A stretch of DNA of 64,000 nt from Octopus vulgaris (Eukaryota): positions 113,274,001-113,338,000 of the forward strand of contig OX597820.1 of assembly GCA_951406725.2 (NCBI GenBank). Direction: 5' to 3'. This document shows, piece by piece, positions 40,513-54,286 of the stretch. Numbering within the stretch: the stretch's first letter is position 1; every line of letters begins with the position of its first letter. A program made the position numbers and the translations under genes. The notes beneath the pieces are model-generated. The model saw nothing but the letters and a program-made list of their open reading frames with translations. It was not told where the DNA came from and searched no databases.

Positions 40513-40515
<3 letters not shown>
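38625..40515 (-). mobile_element. 3' part of a second PLE lineage (CPLxGxCL-type GIY-YIG) with HHR at 38666-38703
   Basis: CNCK..CPLEGKCLVKGVVYRAKV, FRTRFYSHKNSF, TSLAKYVWELK; CTGT-CCGACGA-ACG-ggaa-CGT-GAAA-CTCAGAG-TA-ACAG; (TA)n at both ends. Confidence 0.8.
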
Positions 40516-40565
<50 letters not shown>

Positions 40566-40744
40566 ATAGATAGATAGATAGATAGATAGATTTATATAGA
40601 TAGATAGATATATTTATAGATATATTTATATTGTATTTAAATACTGTAAAATTGTAAAGATTAAAAATAATAAAACGTGAAAATCAGACATAAAAGTTCA
40701 TTGATTAATATATATATGAAATTGAGAATATGTGTCTGTATGTG

Positions 40745-40970
40745 TGCATCACTAAAACTCAAGAACTACCCAACCAATTTCAAACAAATTTTACACATGC
40801 CTTAATTAGGGTCCATGCAGTGTCATGGGTGAAAAAATTTCAACATCTTGCCTAATGCGATCCCGGAGAAATTTCTTATCTCTTACACTATTTCAGTATT
40901 ACGTGTCAAAAGTGAAACAATAACATTTCTACTGTAACGTGAGATAATAATTTCAGTATTAATACCTTCA
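40745..40970 (+). mobile_element. Possible non-autonomous Helitron/DINE-like remnant
   Basis: aactacccaaccaatttcaaacaaattttacaca after a short TG tract resembles the conserved motif of such elements; termini not seen. Confidence 0.3.
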
Positions 40971-41052
40971 CTATGTATATAATATATACATAGTGCAACT
41001 ATTAATACTGAAACTATTATCTCTCATATATACATGCATGTATGTACATATA

Positions 41053-41134
<82 letters not shown>

Positions 41135-42084
41135 ATAATGTATCGTGGATAAGGCCAAAACAACGCGAAGTAAATGCAAGGTAAATCACAGGTAAACAAA
41201 TGTGAATTAATGCAGACTTGCCTTGCGTTCAATATTTTGGGGCTATGACCCCATTTTTAAGAAATAGACGAATGTTGCCGATGTGCGTGTGTGAGAGCGT
41301 ATATATATATAAATGTATGTATGTATATGTGTATATATACATCTGCACATGTATATGTATGTATATATGTATATGTATATATATAGATATAGATATAGAT
41401 GTATCATTATGTATACATATCTATGTATAGATGTATATGTATATATACATGCATATATACATAGATAGATAGATTTATAAGTATATATATATGTACATAT
41501 GTATGTATATTATATGTATACACATATATATGCATGTATATATGTATATATATATATATGTACATATATATATATATGTATATATATAGAAGTATATGTG
41601 CAGATGTATATATGCACATATATATATAGAAGTACATGTATAGATGTATATATATATTTATATGTATATGTATATGTATATATATACATGTATATATATG
41701 TGTGTGTATATATATGTATATATATATATATTTATATAAAGATTTATGTATATATATATATATATATTTATATAAAGATTTATGTATATATACACATTTA
41801 TGTATTTATATATATGTATGCATGTGTACATATATATGTAAGTATATATATAAAGTAGCATATTTATCGATGTATATGTATAGATGCTTATGTATATATG
41901 TGTATATATATATATGTACTCTTTTGCCACCACTTTCTCTCATTCTTCTATTGGTCTGCTCGCTTAGCCAGTGAGGTGGCGTCATTTGAAGGCTAAAACA
42001 ATGCGAAGCGCATTGTGACCAGCGATGTGTAGCAACATCTGATAGCCTGGACGGTCAAGGTGATCACGGTGATATATATCTATC

Positions 42085-42222
<138 letters not shown>

Positions 42223-42388
42223 CACGCAAGAACACACATATCATAACGAGACATAGCATCAAATAAATACAAACAACATGTATCCATGTATATAAACACA
42301 TATATGTACATACACAAATATGATTATTCATATATACATAGCCATGTACACAGATAATTGGACACATATGAGTAAAAATTTAGACACT

Positions 42389-42830
42389 TTATAAAAATTT
42401 TCTAAAGACATATTTAGAATAGTGTGTACAATATGGAACACTCTCACGCCTTTCGTTAAGCAATTTCTTTTTTGATGTTACTATCTGGTATAATTCATCT
42501 ATACATATGCGTCTAGCGTCATTAAGTTTATACGATGTAGCATGACTGAGTATTTTCCAATTTATTGTGTATAATTTCTCACTATCCTTCAATTTTCAAA
42601 TTGACATAAACGAGTTTGGATTATATTTTTTGAAATATATGGAAATATATTTCGATAGTTGTTGAATACACTTAATTATTTTGTCCGTTCTAATATTTCA
42701 TTGTTTTTAATTGTAATTGATATGTAAATGAATAGTTAACGCTCACGCTCAAAATACACAGGCATTGGAATTAGATTTTTACAACCCAGCCGTTCTTTGA
42801 CACGGAATTTCGTCTATCTTTAAACACGGC
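42389..42830 (-). pseudogene. Decayed PLE GIY-YIG C-terminus
   Basis: INWKIL..ICIDELYQI..LLNERRE..CTH, similar in pattern to the 39950-40340 endonuclease tail. Confidence 0.55.
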
Positions 42831-42854
42831 CTATAAAGAGAATTATATATAAGG

Positions 42855-43088
42855 AAGGCGGCGAGCTGGCAGAGACGTTAGCACGCCGGGCGAAGAGCTT
42901 CGCGGTATTTCGCCCGCCGCTACGTTCTGAGTTCAAATTCCGCCGAGGTCGACTTTGCCTTTCATCCTTTCGGGATCGATAAATTAAGTAGCAGTTACGT
43001 ACTGGTACTTAATATAATCGACTAAATCCGTTTGTCTGTCCTTGTTTGTCCCCTCTGTGTTTAGCTCCTTGTGGGTTGTAAAGAAATA
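42855..43088 (+). mobile_element. tRNA-derived SINE with 23-bp target-site duplication
   Basis: TATAAAGAGAATTATATATAAGG at 42832-42854 and 43089-43111; B-box GAGTTCAAATTCC. Confidence 0.88.
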
Positions 43089-43361
43089 TATAAAGAGAAT
43101 TATATATAAGGGAAATGTTTATGTAAAAAAATAATGCATATAAGTCGAAACAAATTGTTGATATTTTGATGTTTTAATAATCGTTTATGTTACCTTATGT
43201 TGTATTATATATCGGATTGTCAATTCTATCTCACTATTTTATCTTACCTGTGTAATTTGCATTATACCTATATTTATATGGTATTGAACTGACGTACCAG
43301 TGAATTGGATGTTTCACACACACATACACCTGATAGAATTTTTTCCTTAGTTTGTTAATTC

Positions 43362-43436
<75 letters not shown>

Positions 43437-43519
43437 CGTGTGCGTATGTGTGTGTGTGTGCGTGTGTGTGCATGTATATATATGCATGTATATATATGTG
43501 TATATATACATATATATGT

Positions 43520-43800
43520 GAAGGTGTATGGCTCAGTGAGTAGAGCGTCGAGCTTATGATCGTGAGGTTGTCAGTTCGCTTCCCGGACCGGGCTGCAAGT
43601 TGTGTTCTTGAGCAAGACACTTTATTTCACGTTCGCTCAGCTGTAGAAATGAGTTGCAACGTCACTGGTGCCAAGCAGTATCGGCCTTTACCTTTCCCTT
43701 GGGTAACATCAGTGGCGTGGAGAGGGGAGGCTGGTATGCATGGGTGACTGCTGGTCTTCCATAAGCAGCCTTGCCCGGACTTGTGCCTCGAAGGGTAAAA
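43520..43800 (+). mobile_element. tRNA-derived SINE, third family
   Basis: TGGCTCAGTGAGTAGAGCG A-box, GTTCGCTTCCC B-box, cttgagcaagacact core. Confidence 0.7.
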
Positions 43801-43924
43801 AGAACATATAAAAATTGGAAAATATTTATATATTCTAAAGTTATAAAGGTATATATATAGACACACATGATCCCTGCTGTACCCTTTCCATGTTACGCAC
43901 GCACACACGCACACAAACATGTAC

Positions 43925-46200
43925 CGTTGGTATAAGGGTTACACTTGGCTAAGAATTTCCAGTAAATACTGTACGTTGACACCTTGTTCTTTTAAGAACC
44001 ATATATAACTGGATAATTTAGTAGCCTTTCGTTTATTCCAATGTCTGAAGCTTAAGGTGTAATTGTTAAATCTAGCTTTAAAATTTCCCTCTGTGAGACC
44101 CACATATTACTAGGATGAAACTGTATTATTAGCGTTGGTAGAATTTATAGTAGCTTCATAAATAATGACCTCCAGTTAGTGGGCACAGGTCTTTATTCCT
44201 GTATGACAGTCGGCTTCGTGGTGTTGTGTTGTATTGTGTGTGATTATGCTTTTAAAATTTGGGGTAGAACTAAAACTAATTTTTAGGTTATGTCTATTAA
44301 AGTTTTCTCTATATTTGTGATGTACTGGAAAATGTCTATACACATATAGAAAGAAATATTTACCTATACTAAAGGTCACTTCGTGGGAGTAAAGGGGTTT
44401 AAACCAGATAATTTTCCTGTGTCTATGTTTCCTTTTCTTTATTTCTGGTCTAATATTAGAGGTGTAAACTATTTCCTCTGTAAATCCATAGCTTTGAGAG
44501 CATTGTTATACTGGGGCAGCATTATTAAATATGTTTATATTGGAGGAGAGGCTAGAAATTCTCCTAATATTATTAACTAAATTCTTAAACACTATGTGGT
44601 GGAGTGACAGAAACCTACATTGATATAACTAATGTCTAAAACTTAAGGGATAATTGTTAAATCTAGCTTTAAAATTTCCCTCTGTGAGACCCACATATTA
44701 CTAGGATGAAACTGTATTATTAGCGTTGGTAGAATTTATCGTTATCTTAAGATCAAATGTTTTCATAAGTTGGATAATATCCTTCCTTAAACGATCTTGC
44801 GCTGGTCCATTGGTATTCTTAGTTAAAGCTAGATCGCTGTTCCTATAAATAGCAAAATATACACCAGGAAAGACTTTTCCTAACGTGTCGATCAGGAATA
44901 GCCCAATGAGATCACATATGTCTGCTCCAACATATGACCCCATGCTCACATCGAAAGAATCCTCTGTCTCTGCTGTTTTGACCCTCTCTGCCTTCTCGCT
45001 GAGGAGTAAGGTCTTTCTAGCATGGAGGATTATATCCTTATCTTGTTCACTAATCTCTGTATAATCGCCTGCAAAAGTGAGAGGTTTATCCAGTAGTTTT
45101 TTTAGAAATAAATGCATAGCAATCTACAATATCGAATTGTGTAAATCTGGCTTTATTCTTATTTTTAATTGCTTTAAACCAGGCGCAGGAGTGGCTGTGT
45201 GGTAAGTAGCTTGCTAACCAACCACATGGTTCCGGGTTCAGTCCCACTGCGTGGCATCTTGGGCAAGTGTCTTCTGCTATAGCCCCGGGCCGACCAATGC
45301 CTTGTGAGTGGATTTGGTAGACGGAAACTGAAAGAAGCCTGTCGTATATATGTATATATATATGTATGTGTGTGTGTGTTTGTGTGTCTGTGTTTGTCCC
45401 CCTAGCATTGCTTGACAACCGATGCTGGTGTGTTTACGTCCCCGTCACTTAGCGGTTCGGCAAAAGAGACCGATAGAATAAGTGCTGGGCTTACAAAGAA
45501 TAAGTCCCGGGGTCGATTTGCTCGACTAAAGGCGGTGCTCCAGCATGGCCGCAGTCAAATGACTGAAACAAGTAAAAGAGTAAAAGAGTTAACAACTTCT
45601 ATATTATTGGACCATTTCTGCCTCTTTAACTTTAACATTACTTATCTTTTTAAATATCTTATACCAATTTCTGATATTGTAGGGTTAATTAGTCTGCATT
45701 TACGATCAGGTAGGAAGTTATTTTTATGCTTCTTAATAGTTATAAAGACCTCTTTTTTTTAGAAGGATCACTATTTTTATCTAATTTAAACCTAATGGCG
45801 ATGACACTAGCTTCTTTATTAATGTCCTTATAAACTTGCGGTCTAGCCTTATGTAGCAGTTGTATGTGCTGTTGTCTACAACGTATAAGTTCTTTGTTTT
45901 ATCAGAAAAAAGTGCCGTTTTGGAGGAATCTTTTATGTTTTTAATGTCCTTTTTCGGTTTCTGTTAAAAAGTGTTAAAGGACTTACGAAATTTGGTCTTG
46001 TTTATAAGCTTCAGTAGATCTGTTTTGAAGTCTTCTAAGTCCTTGATTTTGGGAGGGAATTTCTTTGATTTAATTTCATGGTATATGTTCTCCGTGATAG
46101 ACTCTTCCTTGTTTTAATGGAAGGCATTCAATCTCATACGTTTGATAAGATCAGTAATTTTTTCCAATAGATTTTTAAAGTATAGTTCCTTGGATGGTGT
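43925..46200 (-). mobile_element. Degenerate PLE (second lineage), RT to GIY-YIG, interrupted by a SINE
   Basis: WFK..QFDIVD, FDVSMGSYVGADICDLIGL, HFPVHHKY..FNRHNLKISFS, YVGLTEGNFKARFNNY. Confidence 0.78.
45182..45588 (+). mobile_element. Full-length tRNA-derived SINE with internal (TA)/(TG) tract
   Basis: TGGCTGTGTGGT A-box, GGTTCAGTCCC B-box, (AAAGAGT) tail; splits the PLE codons EVVN|WFK; relatives at 51300-51850(-), 62450-62770, 63270. Confidence 0.85.
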
Positions 46201-46227
46201 AGGTTGTTTATAAATTATCTTTACAAT

Positions 46228-47000
46228 TTATTGTATTTTCATGTTGATGAATAGATGATAGTCAGTTGGGGCCAAATCAGGAGAATAGGGAGAGTGATCA
46301 ACCAGATTAAATCCACGGTCATGCACAGCAACCACTGAAACCAAGAACTTGTGTGCTAGAGCATTGTCCTGATGAGACAAAAGCCCTTTCGTCAGTTTTC
46401 CTGGACGTTTGGTCTTAATAGAATTTCGTAACTGCTTCAGCAAGTTGGCATAGTACTCTATATTGATGGTGTGGCGGTCCTTTTGAAGATAATAATCACA
46501 AAAATCAATAATAACAATAATCTTTTTCATCCCCCAAAACTGATGCCGTCACTTTCCTGCAGATGAAACGACCTTGGCAGGTTAAGAGAGGTGTTTTCAC
46601 TGCATGGATTGCCTCTTTGTCTTTTGCTCAAAGTGATGAGGCCAACACTAATTCTGGATTAGGAAACGTTCAAGGAAACCAGCTGGAGCTCTCTCAAACA
46701 ATGTCAGATTCTCCTGTGGTGTGATCAGCCTGGTGCGTCTTTGATCAGGTGTCAGATGTGACACCCACCGAGCAGAAAGCTTCGTCATGCCAAGTCCATT
46801 TTGCAGAATATTCTCAACTCTCTCACGGGATATAATAGCATTGGCTATTTCATTTATAGTCATCCATGCGGTAAACACTTTAAATATTTTCAGTGGTGAA
46901 AATTGTAGGACGTCCAGACCTTGTGTCATCTTCAAGATTATCCCTTACCCTCCTAAGTTCAGAGTGACTACCTGTAACTGTTCAGCAGCATTTTGCTGGA
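46228..47000 (-). mobile_element. Degenerate mariner transposase
   Basis: KLSARWVSHLT, HQDNALAH, HSPYSPDLAPTDYHLF. Confidence 0.85.
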
Positions 47001-48213
47001 CTATTTAGAGGAAAGGTGGACAAGAAGTGTGGGCATGGACAACATCCTTGAAACACGGTGAAATCGCAGTTAACTCACACAGAATGAGGCGTCCTTGCGA
47101 ACATTATGAGCAAATCTACAAAAGATATGTGACCAGAACTAAATGGTGTTCCTACAAACTTTGTTGCCTGCCAAACTTGTTTATTTCTCTTTGGTACTTG
47201 AAGCGAGTTTGAAGAATTTTTAGCTTTGTGAACAAGATAGTGGTAGCACTACCTTTGGATATTATAGAGTATAGGGCTCATGACTCTGATGAATGCAAGA
47301 ATGGTTTTGGTCACGAAGGCATACTCACGACAACCGCGATATATCGAATGTATATCTGGTTTCGATACGATGATAATCTTTTTGGATCAGTCCAAAGCGC
47401 TCGATAGAGTCGACCATCTGATGGCTGTGCTCAGCTAGTTTCGGTCCGATATTTAAGGGTTTTATCAAGAATTTCATAGTAAAGTGGTATCCGCTCGACT
47501 GCGATGGTGGTAAATGATCACAAAATGGAAACGCTTGGTATAGAGCGCTTGTTTCTTTAAGAGTATCCTTCTTATGCCCTTCTGTCTTGGTTTTGTATGA
47601 AATAGTTTGCCTAACTATATGAAAACCTTTGTAGCCGATAAAAGGATTCATTTGAGCGAAAGAGAGAATGCCATGAAGTTCTTTCTTCCAGTTCTTTAAG
47701 TTCTGGTTCCGAATCCTGCCGAGGTGAACTTTGCCTTTCATCTTTTCGGAATCGATAAAATAAAGTACCATCCCGCCACTTTTATTGCTTGTAACATTAA
47801 CACAAAACAAGAAATGTTGCGGGAAAACCACAATAATTATAAGCTACACTTCCCAGTGATTTTTTTGCTCAGCATCAAGTTAGTAGTCTCGTTGTCATAG
47901 AAGCAGTGATGATGTTGTTGCGGTTTACGGCTATACAAAACATTGCATTTGACTCCACAATTCGAGAATGAGAAACCTCTTTGAAGTCGACCCACGCAAC
48001 ATACAGAAAAGTCTGCCATCATTTGCGGATTTTCATTATCATTGCAATGAGTATATTGTCTTTGGTGCATTCTGAGTATTAGCTGCATTGCTTTTGTTCA
48101 ACAGACAACAGTTTGTTTTACCTCATATGTTTCCATATTTTCTCAGTTAAAATACTCATCAGTAATTTCCACAGCAGACAATCGAAGCTATAATCTTCTA
48201 TTGCATGTTTTTT

Positions 48214-48284
48214 TTCGTTATGGTGTAGTGGTTAAGTGCGCGGGCTACTAACCCCAAGATTCCGAGTTCGATTCTAGGCAGTGA

Positions 48285-48353
<69 letters not shown>

Positions 48354-48563
48354 CAACAACAACAACAACAACAATAATAACACCGAAAAATACCTTAGGA
48401 ATGAGAACTCAGATTCGAAATTTCCCCAAGACACCTGATGAAGGCTGGAGGGTATATCAGCCGAAACGTTGTGTTAAGAACAAACAAGATGAGGACAAAT
48501 ATACGTCAAATGTAAATAATGCAAATAATGTACATAATTCCTCATCTCTTAAATATAGAACTG
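48214..48563 (+). mobile_element. tRNA-headed SINE-like element with (AAT)n linker and hammerhead (48431-48474)
   Basis: A-box TGGTGTAGTGG, anticodon arm GGG-CTACTAA-CCC, B-box GAGTTCGATTC; ACAC-CTGATGA-A-GGCTG..CAGCC-GAAA-CG-TT-GTGT. Confidence 0.75.
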
Positions 48564-49399
48564 TATCTCAGTAATGTTTGCAGGTTAACATTCTCTAATA
48601 CACCGTCAAATTTTCATGATATAGCTACGAATTTGTCAATTTATCTCAAATAAAATGGTTTCATACCTTTTGAATTAGATTTTTTTAGTCACTTCAAAAT
48701 ATTTCCCTTTTCATCTTCTAAATTCTCAGTTATAACAGCTTTTCCCATGGCCATATCATTTGCATAAGTTTTCCGTAGAATATGAAGTGTCAACAATTCC
48801 ATCTCCATCGTTTATATTGTTCGTGCCTCTTCCGTTTCCCTATCAACGTCTTTTCATTTCATCCAATCCATACTCTTTCCAGTTAACCCTTCAACCTCAT
48901 TCGTTCCATGATCGACTCCCATCGCCTCATCATTGCTTTGTCTTTGTATGATTTCTATTTCAACAAGTGTTAGCCAACTTGTTCTTTAGATCATACTCTT
49001 GGTTCATTAACCTATTTTCTATCAACTCAAACATAGCATTGTTTTTCAAGTGCGTGAGCGTCCTTCCTCCGGCACCGTTGCCTTTCACACTCTAAGCTTC
49101 CGAATTTCATTCCATTAAAACTATATCATCCACACGTAGCACTTTACTGAAGTCGAGCAGTTATTGAATGACGGTCGGGTAGTGTTTGCGCAGTATACCC
49201 GTAAAACGCGTCAATTTCCCCGGCGGTGCCCTCACCATTTATATCGCTATTGTTCAGGAGTTCATTGTTAAGCATCGTATATCAATTACTTACTTCATGA
49301 TGCCGCCTCATCCTGAGATCATGGAGCCACTGAAAATGTTTGCCGTAGCTGAAAACTTCAACATCCTCAGTGTTAATGACACACAGAACACACAAATTT

Positions 49400-51130
49400 A
49401 ATGGAGAACAATATGGGTACAAACTAGAAGAAAAATATTATCTGTTTTTCATGGAAGAACAAGATATATTTTCAAAGTCAGAAAAAGAGAACAATTTACT
49501 TATCAAGACAGTTACGATGTGCGACCATGAAACTGGAATAGAGTTTAGCGAAGCAAAACGTACGATTTTAGTTGTGAATAGAAGCAAAAGAGCTAATTTT
49601 AAGGGAATAGTTTTATTGGAATAACGGAATTTTAGAACCTGAAAACAAAGTATGAAAGTATCTCGGTATACAGGGTTCGATGACAGATATATAAGGAAAT
49701 GAAGGAAAAAATTACAACATATTTTAATGGATTAAAGTTTGTGCTGGGGTCCAAATTTGATTTAACAAATTGATAAATGCGATAACCGCAAGGGGAGCTG
49801 CTGTCATGCGTTATAGTGCTGGAATAGTGAGTTGGACAAAAGATAAAATAGCTGCACTAGGCAGAAATATGAGAAAGACTTTAAATGTTAACCATGTATA
49901 CATGATACGGAATGTTGAAAGGAGAGGTCTTGCGTGAAAGAAAAGCAAAGATATGGAAACCTCGTATAAACCTAGCAAAAGGAAGATTAACTACTTAAAC
50001 ATGCTCTAATAGAATTGAGACTCACCAGTATTTAACTTGAAGAATAGAAATGTATAACAAAATAGCATGATTTATGAAAGAAAGAAAGAACTAGAAGAAA
50101 TGCAGTTACATGGATAGTTCCACAGATACACCAAGAGTGAGAAAACTCATTAACCATCGTAGGCATGGATTTGGAAGGAAGAATTAAAGAGAGAAATAGC
50201 AAGTTTGTTGGTTGTAGTTGAAGATCAAACATTGAATACTAATTCAGGGAATGAGAATATTTATTGTACTACTTCAACAAATAATTGCAGTCTGTTAGGG
50301 CTGAATGGAAAATATTGATCATGATGCAGCACGTTGTAAAATGTGGGCTCAGAAAACAATTCGAACAATGGGATGATATTGGGTGTGTCTCAATAACACT
50401 GGTCTCTTCGTAAAAAAGTGGATATAACACTTTAGATGCGTGGTATAACCATGTACCAGAAAAGGATCTAAAGGAAATTGGAAGCCTTTAGCTTCCGGAC
50501 TGATCGAATAATTGAACACTGCCAAGCAGACATCATTATACACGATATATAGAAAAACAGTGGAGGCGCAATGGCCCAATGGTTAGGGCAGCGGACTCGC
50601 GGTCATAGGATCGCGGTTTCGATTCCCAGACCGGGCGTTGCGAGTGTTTATTGAGCGAAAACACCTAAAGCTCCACGAGGCTCCGGCAGGGGATGGTGGT
50701 GATCCCTGCTGTACTCTTTCACCACAACTTTCTCTCACTCTTACTTCTTGTTTCTGTTGTACCTGTATTTCACAGGGCCGGCCTTGTCACTCTCTGTGTC
50801 ACGCTGAATATCCCCGAGAACTACGTTAAGGGTACACGTATCTGTGGAGTGCTCAGCCACTTACACGTTAATTTCACGAGCAGGCTGTTCCGTTGATTCG
50901 GATCAACCGGAACCCTCGTCGTCGTAACCGACGGAGTGCTTCCATTCCATAGAAAAACAATATAAGAATTCCTTGTAATACACATTGTAAATCATTGCAG
51001 GCAAGGAAATGAAAAACAAAAAATATTCAAAAATGTTGTTGACTTGAAAGTAAAGGTATCAAAAATATGAAGATACCAAGGAGAGAAAGTGAAAGTCCTA
51101 CAAGCTATTATCCCGCAAAGATTTTCCGTT
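49400..51130 (+). mobile_element. Highly decayed Dong-type RT/RLE remnant, interrupted by a SINE
   Basis: GIEF, AVMRYSAGIVSWT, EDQTLNTN, WYNHVP in the expected order. Confidence 0.55.
50560..50948 (+). mobile_element. tRNA-derived SINE with 11-bp TSD
   Basis: TGGCCCAATGGTTAGGGCA A-box, GTTTCGATTCCC B-box; ATAGAAAAACA at 50549-50559 and 50949-50959. Confidence 0.88.
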
Positions 51131-51139
51131 TCCCTCCGA

Positions 51140-51208
<69 letters not shown>

Positions 51209-51299
51209 CGGTTTTAAACTCAACCTGTCTGTAAGAGATTTTATCTCGGCCGAATATCGCAGTATCATTTCTTTCGACAGTGTATATAAGCTATCTTTT

Positions 51300-51622
51300 A
51301 TGTTTTATCTTTTACTTATTTCGGTCATTTTGTCTGCGACCATGCTGGGGCACCGTCTTGAAGGCTTTTAATCGAACAAATCAGCCCCGGGAGTTACTTT
51401 TTAAAGGTTAGTAGTTATTCTATCGGTATTTTACCGAACCGCTAAGTTACGAGGATGTGAACACACCAACACCGGTTTCAAGTGGTGTAGAGTGAAAAAC
51501 ACAGGCAGCATGACACACACATACATACATACATACATACATACATACATACAGACAGACAGACAGACAGATAGATAGATAAATAGATAGATAGGTAGGT
51601 AGGTATATATATTCATAAATAC

Positions 51623-51693
<71 letters not shown>

Positions 51694-51850
51694 ACGGGTT
51701 TCATTAAGTTTCCATCTACTAAATCGACCCACAAGGCTTTGGTCGACCTGAGACTAATAGTAAGTAGAAGACATTTACCGAAAGTGTCGTGCAGTGGGAC
51801 TGAACTCGGAACCATGTGGTTGGGAAGCAAACTTTTCACCACACAACACA
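51300..51850 (-). mobile_element. SINE of the 45182 family with expanded internal microsatellite
   Basis: Reverse-complement similarity to 45182-45588. Confidence 0.75.
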
Positions 51851-52220
51851 TAAATGCCTCCTTTGATTTAATACTGCTTTAATTGCGTGCACTGGATTTT
51901 TATTCAGCCCGGCGGCTGTCCGTAATGGCAGTGAGGTATTATTGCCTCTTTTTTATATATAGGAAGGGACAGGTATCGTCTAGATGCGTAGCTGGCTGCG
52001 TGTACAGCTAGAAAGCATCTAACGTTCCCGCAAGCCGCTGCCAGGACGGCATTACGTGTTCCTATGATATATATTGTATTTTTAACACAGCACGTCCGTA
52101 AGAGATTTTATCTTGAACGGAACCTGCAGTATCTTGCCTGTCAATTGTGTATATACATTAAGCATGATACATAACTCGCTATTTAATTTTAATGCAACAT
52201 CAATTGCATACTGTAGTGAT

Positions 52221-52299
<79 letters not shown>

Positions 52300-52699
52300 A
52301 TTACTACTACTAAGGCAGCGAGCTGGCAGAATCGTTAGCTCACCGGTGTCTAGTAGTGCTATTTTCTGCATGTTATATATACTTGTTAGTGTTTTTGTTA
52401 CGTATTAGTCTGAATATTTCTTATCATACCTAGTGCGCCTTTTATGACAGGAATTGTTTCTGTTTTTAGACTCCACGGTTACCTCTATTTCTAGGTCTTT
52501 GTAGTTTGAAATAAGAATCTTTCAAGGAGAGTTTTTATTCCTACTTTTGTACTCATATAAAAATGAAGAGCATCGATATCACTTTTAGGCAAAGAGATAT
52601 TAATATAAAGCGGTCTTTTACTTAAAAGAATAAGAATCTTTCAAGGAGAGTTTTTATTCCTACTTTGACTCTATTAATGTATCTTTTGAATGAAGCCAT

Positions 52700-53800
52700 T
52701 GGCTATAAATACAGATGTCTCTTTGTAAACTATGGATGGTTTAAAACTATTCACAAAGAACAACTTCGGTACAGCGACATCGGTACAGAGTTAAATATAT
52801 GCGCAGCTTATGCTACTCTAAGGGTGACAAATTAATATTGATGACATTATGTTAGAAACAGATACTGAAAGCAATAAATTAGACCACAAACCCGCATAGA
52901 ATAATTAAGAGTGGATTAAAAGTATAAGATACTGAACGTAGAAATGGAAAAGAAAACCATGAAAGATTCTTGTAAAAAATGTCACGTTAACATTAAGAAA
53001 ATAAACTCAGAAGAGTTAAGGGTGTAACTATAGATCCTAGCTATGAAGTATAGTGTAAATAATATAAAGGGGATCTTCAAACTATACTATAATAAAAAGA
53101 TGGAGAGAGAAAGCTGGGAATGGTTCGAGAGATCTGGAAACGTAAATATGATTTTAACTGCTGGGAATCAATGCTTAGCCACAAACAATTACAAAAGTAA
53201 AACAATAGTACAAAAAGCAAACATCATTTACAGGCTGTGCAAATAAACAGTTGATTCCAAACATTCTGGATTCCCAAACCTTGTAAAGAGGGAATATGTC
53301 GACGAATATGACTGGAGTTTGCATTTATATTCACTAGGTAACTTGCCAATACTTCGACCCGAAAACTAAAGCAAAATGGTATAATTGTGAACCAGTTTCA
53401 GCGTATAACAGGGAACTGGCTACGATAATCTGGGAGAAGGATTCCAAACTAACGAGCAGATTGTTGCAAATCGGCCAAATATCAATAAAAGCACATTGAA
53501 ATTCTATGTAATTTGATAGACACTTGGATGAATTTTGATCGTAACATTGCAGGAAAATATGTCGAACAGAAATTTTTTGAAACGAAAATAAGTAGAATGT
53601 TGTGTATGAGAGAGAAACCTGTATCAATAGTAATAGGCACTGTCGGTATGATAATGAAGAACATGGACAAAAACATAAAACCCATTTTATTGCTTACGTC
53701 TTTGGATACAGTTCAAAGAATAGCTTTGCTATGCAGAATACTGCCTTACACAAAGTATTTCAAACACAATAAAGCAACTAAGAAACTTTCTGCATAGTTA
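52700..53800 (+). mobile_element. Highly decayed Dong-type RLE remnant (similar scraps at 52350-52505(-) and 56278-56580(+))
   Basis: ILTAGNQCLATNNYK, YRLCK, NRPNI, PVSIVIGTVGMI, VQRIALL. Confidence 0.6.
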
Positions 53801-54286
53801 TTTCCCAATACTTTAAACTGAACGCACACAACAAACATGAAACACAATCACTATCCAACAAAATAAAACAGTTAGTTTGGTGCTACCATGTTTACTAAAC
53901 GTGTTACAGCAGACTGAATGCTGATGCATGTGTTGTGGGAGGACAATCAACAATTGTACGTTGCAGGTGATAGGTAACTAGAAATACTGCTACAGAGAAT
54001 ACACGTATTTACTAGACGGATGTGTGTTGGATTTGGATTAGAAAAAATGTGCGAAGATAACCTTGAAGAAACGGAAGTAATTTTAGAGCACTTATATAAG
54101 ACGTGTAAGAGGATCAGTCTAAACACAAACACGGAAATAAATAGAATACAATGAACTGACAGAATAAAACACATGCAAATGAAGGAAAAGGCTATGAAAT
54201 AATATTATAAATGTGTTAGATTTATACTTAGAATAGAGACAAGTATGAAAAACAAAGTAATAGGTATCAACAACTAATAAGTTAGG

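Noticed and set aside
48214-48286. Functional tRNA gene (also 43520 and 50560)
   Set aside because: Imperfect stems and continuation into SINE bodies; treated as SINE heads
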